Assembly: GCA_023474425.1 (NCBI GenBank)
Contig: JAMCXX010000002.1
Span: forward strand, 196,217 to 260,216
Origin: Patescibacteria group bacterium
GTDB lineage: Bacteria > Patescibacteriota > WWE3 > JAMCXX01
DNA: 64,000 nucleotides
Reading direction: 5' to 3'
The translations under genes were made by a program, and so were the position numbers. How positions within the stretch are numbered: position 1 is the first letter of the stretch; each line of letters begins with the position of its first letter. The notes beneath the pieces were generated by a model. It searched no databases and was not told the DNA's origin. It was given only the letters and a program-made list of their open reading frames with translations. Positions 63,185 through 64,000 of the stretch are shown here, one piece after another.

Positions 63185-64000
63185 ATGATCGGTCTAATTC
63201 GTTCCAGTTTCAAGATCGCTCTAGACTCACTTTGGGTTAGCAAAATCCGTTCACTGCTTACCATTTTGGGTATCGTTATCGGCGTCTTTGCCGTCATTAT
63301 TCTTGTTTCCATGGGCAACGGGCTGCGTTCCATGATTAACCAGCAGTTTATGAATCTTGGTGCTAACCTCATTATGGTTCTGCCGGGAAAGATTGACCTA
63401 AAAAGCGGCAATTTTCAGCAGTTTGCCGCTATGGCCAACTCCAAGCTGACGGTTGGCGACGCCCAGGCCATTAGAGCCGTGCCCAATGTTGCCGAAGCCG
63501 TGCCGTTTTCGGCCGGCTACCTGCCGGTTTCAAACCTGGGACAAAGCGTGGTCGTGGAGGTTTTGGGCAGCGACGAAAATTATGTACGGGTTTTGAGCTG
63601 GAGCCTTGAATACGGGCGCAACTTTACGGCGGCCGAGGTGAACGCCGGCAAAAAAGTGGCCGTTTTGGGTTCGGAAACGGCCAAAGATTTGTTCAACGGC
63701 GACCCAACCGGGCGGACCGTAGTCATTGGCAGTGAGCGTTACAAAGTGGTGGGAGAGTTGGCTCCCAAAGGCGGCGGCGGGCAGCTAAATTTGGACAAAA
63801 GAGTTTTTATACCTATTAGCGCCGCCAAAGTTCTTTTTGGTTCGCTAAATGTACAGGTTATTTATTTTCAGGTAGCCGACCGTTCGATTTTGCCGACGAC
63901 AATTGCCGAGGTTAAGAATGTTCTTTTGCGGCGTCACAAGGAAGATGAATTTTCCGTGCTGCAGTCGGGGGACCTTTTAAAGTCGGTTGACGCCATTTTG
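63185..64000 (+). CDS. MacB/FtsX-type ABC transporter permease (3' end truncated by window)
   Basis: The frame is open from ATG 63185 to the window end (272 codons). It is absent from the ORF track because no stop is reached. The N-terminus is MIGLIRSSFKIALDSLWVSKIRSLLTILGIVIGVFAVIILVSMGNG, followed by a MacB periplasmic domain. Confidence 0.8.
   Translation, partial: MIGLIRSSFKIALDSLWVSKIRSLLTILGIVIGVFAVIILVSMGNGLRSMINQQFMNLGANLIMVLPGKIDLKSGNFQQFAAMANSKLTVGDAQAIRAVPNVAEAVPFSAGYLPVSNLGQSVVVEVLGSDENYVRVLSWSLEYGRNFTAAEVNAGKKVAVLGSETAKDLFNGDPTGRTVVIGSERYKVVGELAPKGGGGQLNLDKRVFIPISAAKVLFGSLNVQVIYFQVADRSILPTTIAEVKNVLLRRHKEDEFSVLQSGDLLKSVDAIL

Overview
This 64-kb chromosomal segment has the gene content and style of a Candidate Phyla Radiation (Patescibacteria, Microgenomates-like) bacterium using the standard genetic code. 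That placement is inferred from gene content only. Main blocks, left to right: (1) 0.7-12.3 kb holds a cell-envelope / type-IV-secretion-like neighbourhood. It contains a VirB6-like polytopic protein, a 1140-aa membrane protein ending in an M23 peptidase, eight tandem paralogous TrbC/VirB2-type pilin genes interrupted by a GxxExxY gene, and a coiled-coil SpoIID/LytB protein. (2) 15-23.5 kb is housekeeping: smpB plus tmRNA, comFC, NUDIX, two tRNA-Ser genes, a PMT-type glycosyltransferase, and dnaG-rpoD. (3) 23.5-24.9 kb is a small GC-richer foreign-looking module behind a perfect consensus promoter. (4) 27.5-28.1 kb is a tRNA gene (best read as tRNA-Asn GUU) split in its anticodon loop by a 538-nt group I intron carrying an HNH endonuclease ORF. 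(5) 28.1-35 kb is an AT-richer accessory/defence island directly downstream of that tRNA. It contains a decayed GIY-YIG gene and a BcnI/MvaI-type restriction endonuclease convergent with a methyltransferase that is fused to a complete, apparently cleavage-competent LexA. It also has an operon of a mini GIY-YIG protein, an ABC-type ATPase fused to a DUF4435/TOPRIM-like domain (PARIS/OLD-like), a small membrane protein and an HhH glycosylase-like protein. (6) 35.9-38.0 kb is a second GC-richer cassette of small genes with strong Shine-Dalgarno sites, its own promoter and terminator, and one gene split at a G6 run. (7) 38-49 kb is a mixed envelope/redox set: a TreT-like GT4, an FAD oxidase, a GH-like protein, PAP2, GT2, nth and a SOD with a Cys/His tail. 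(8) 49.5-55.2 kb is an arsR-sufCBD-Rieske-sufS-sufU-Zn-ribbon-DUF59 Fe-S operon. (9) 55-64 kb holds exported hypothetical proteins, yidC, an SPFH protein and a MacAB-like efflux system, truncated at the window end. Three dispersed structured repeat families are present. I saw no rRNA, CRISPR array, integrase or transposase. The most unusual items are the LexA-methyltransferase fusion, the neighbouring GIY-YIG/ATPase-DUF4435 operon, the intron-split tRNA and the eight-gene pilin array. All family assignments come from motif reading by eye, not database searches.
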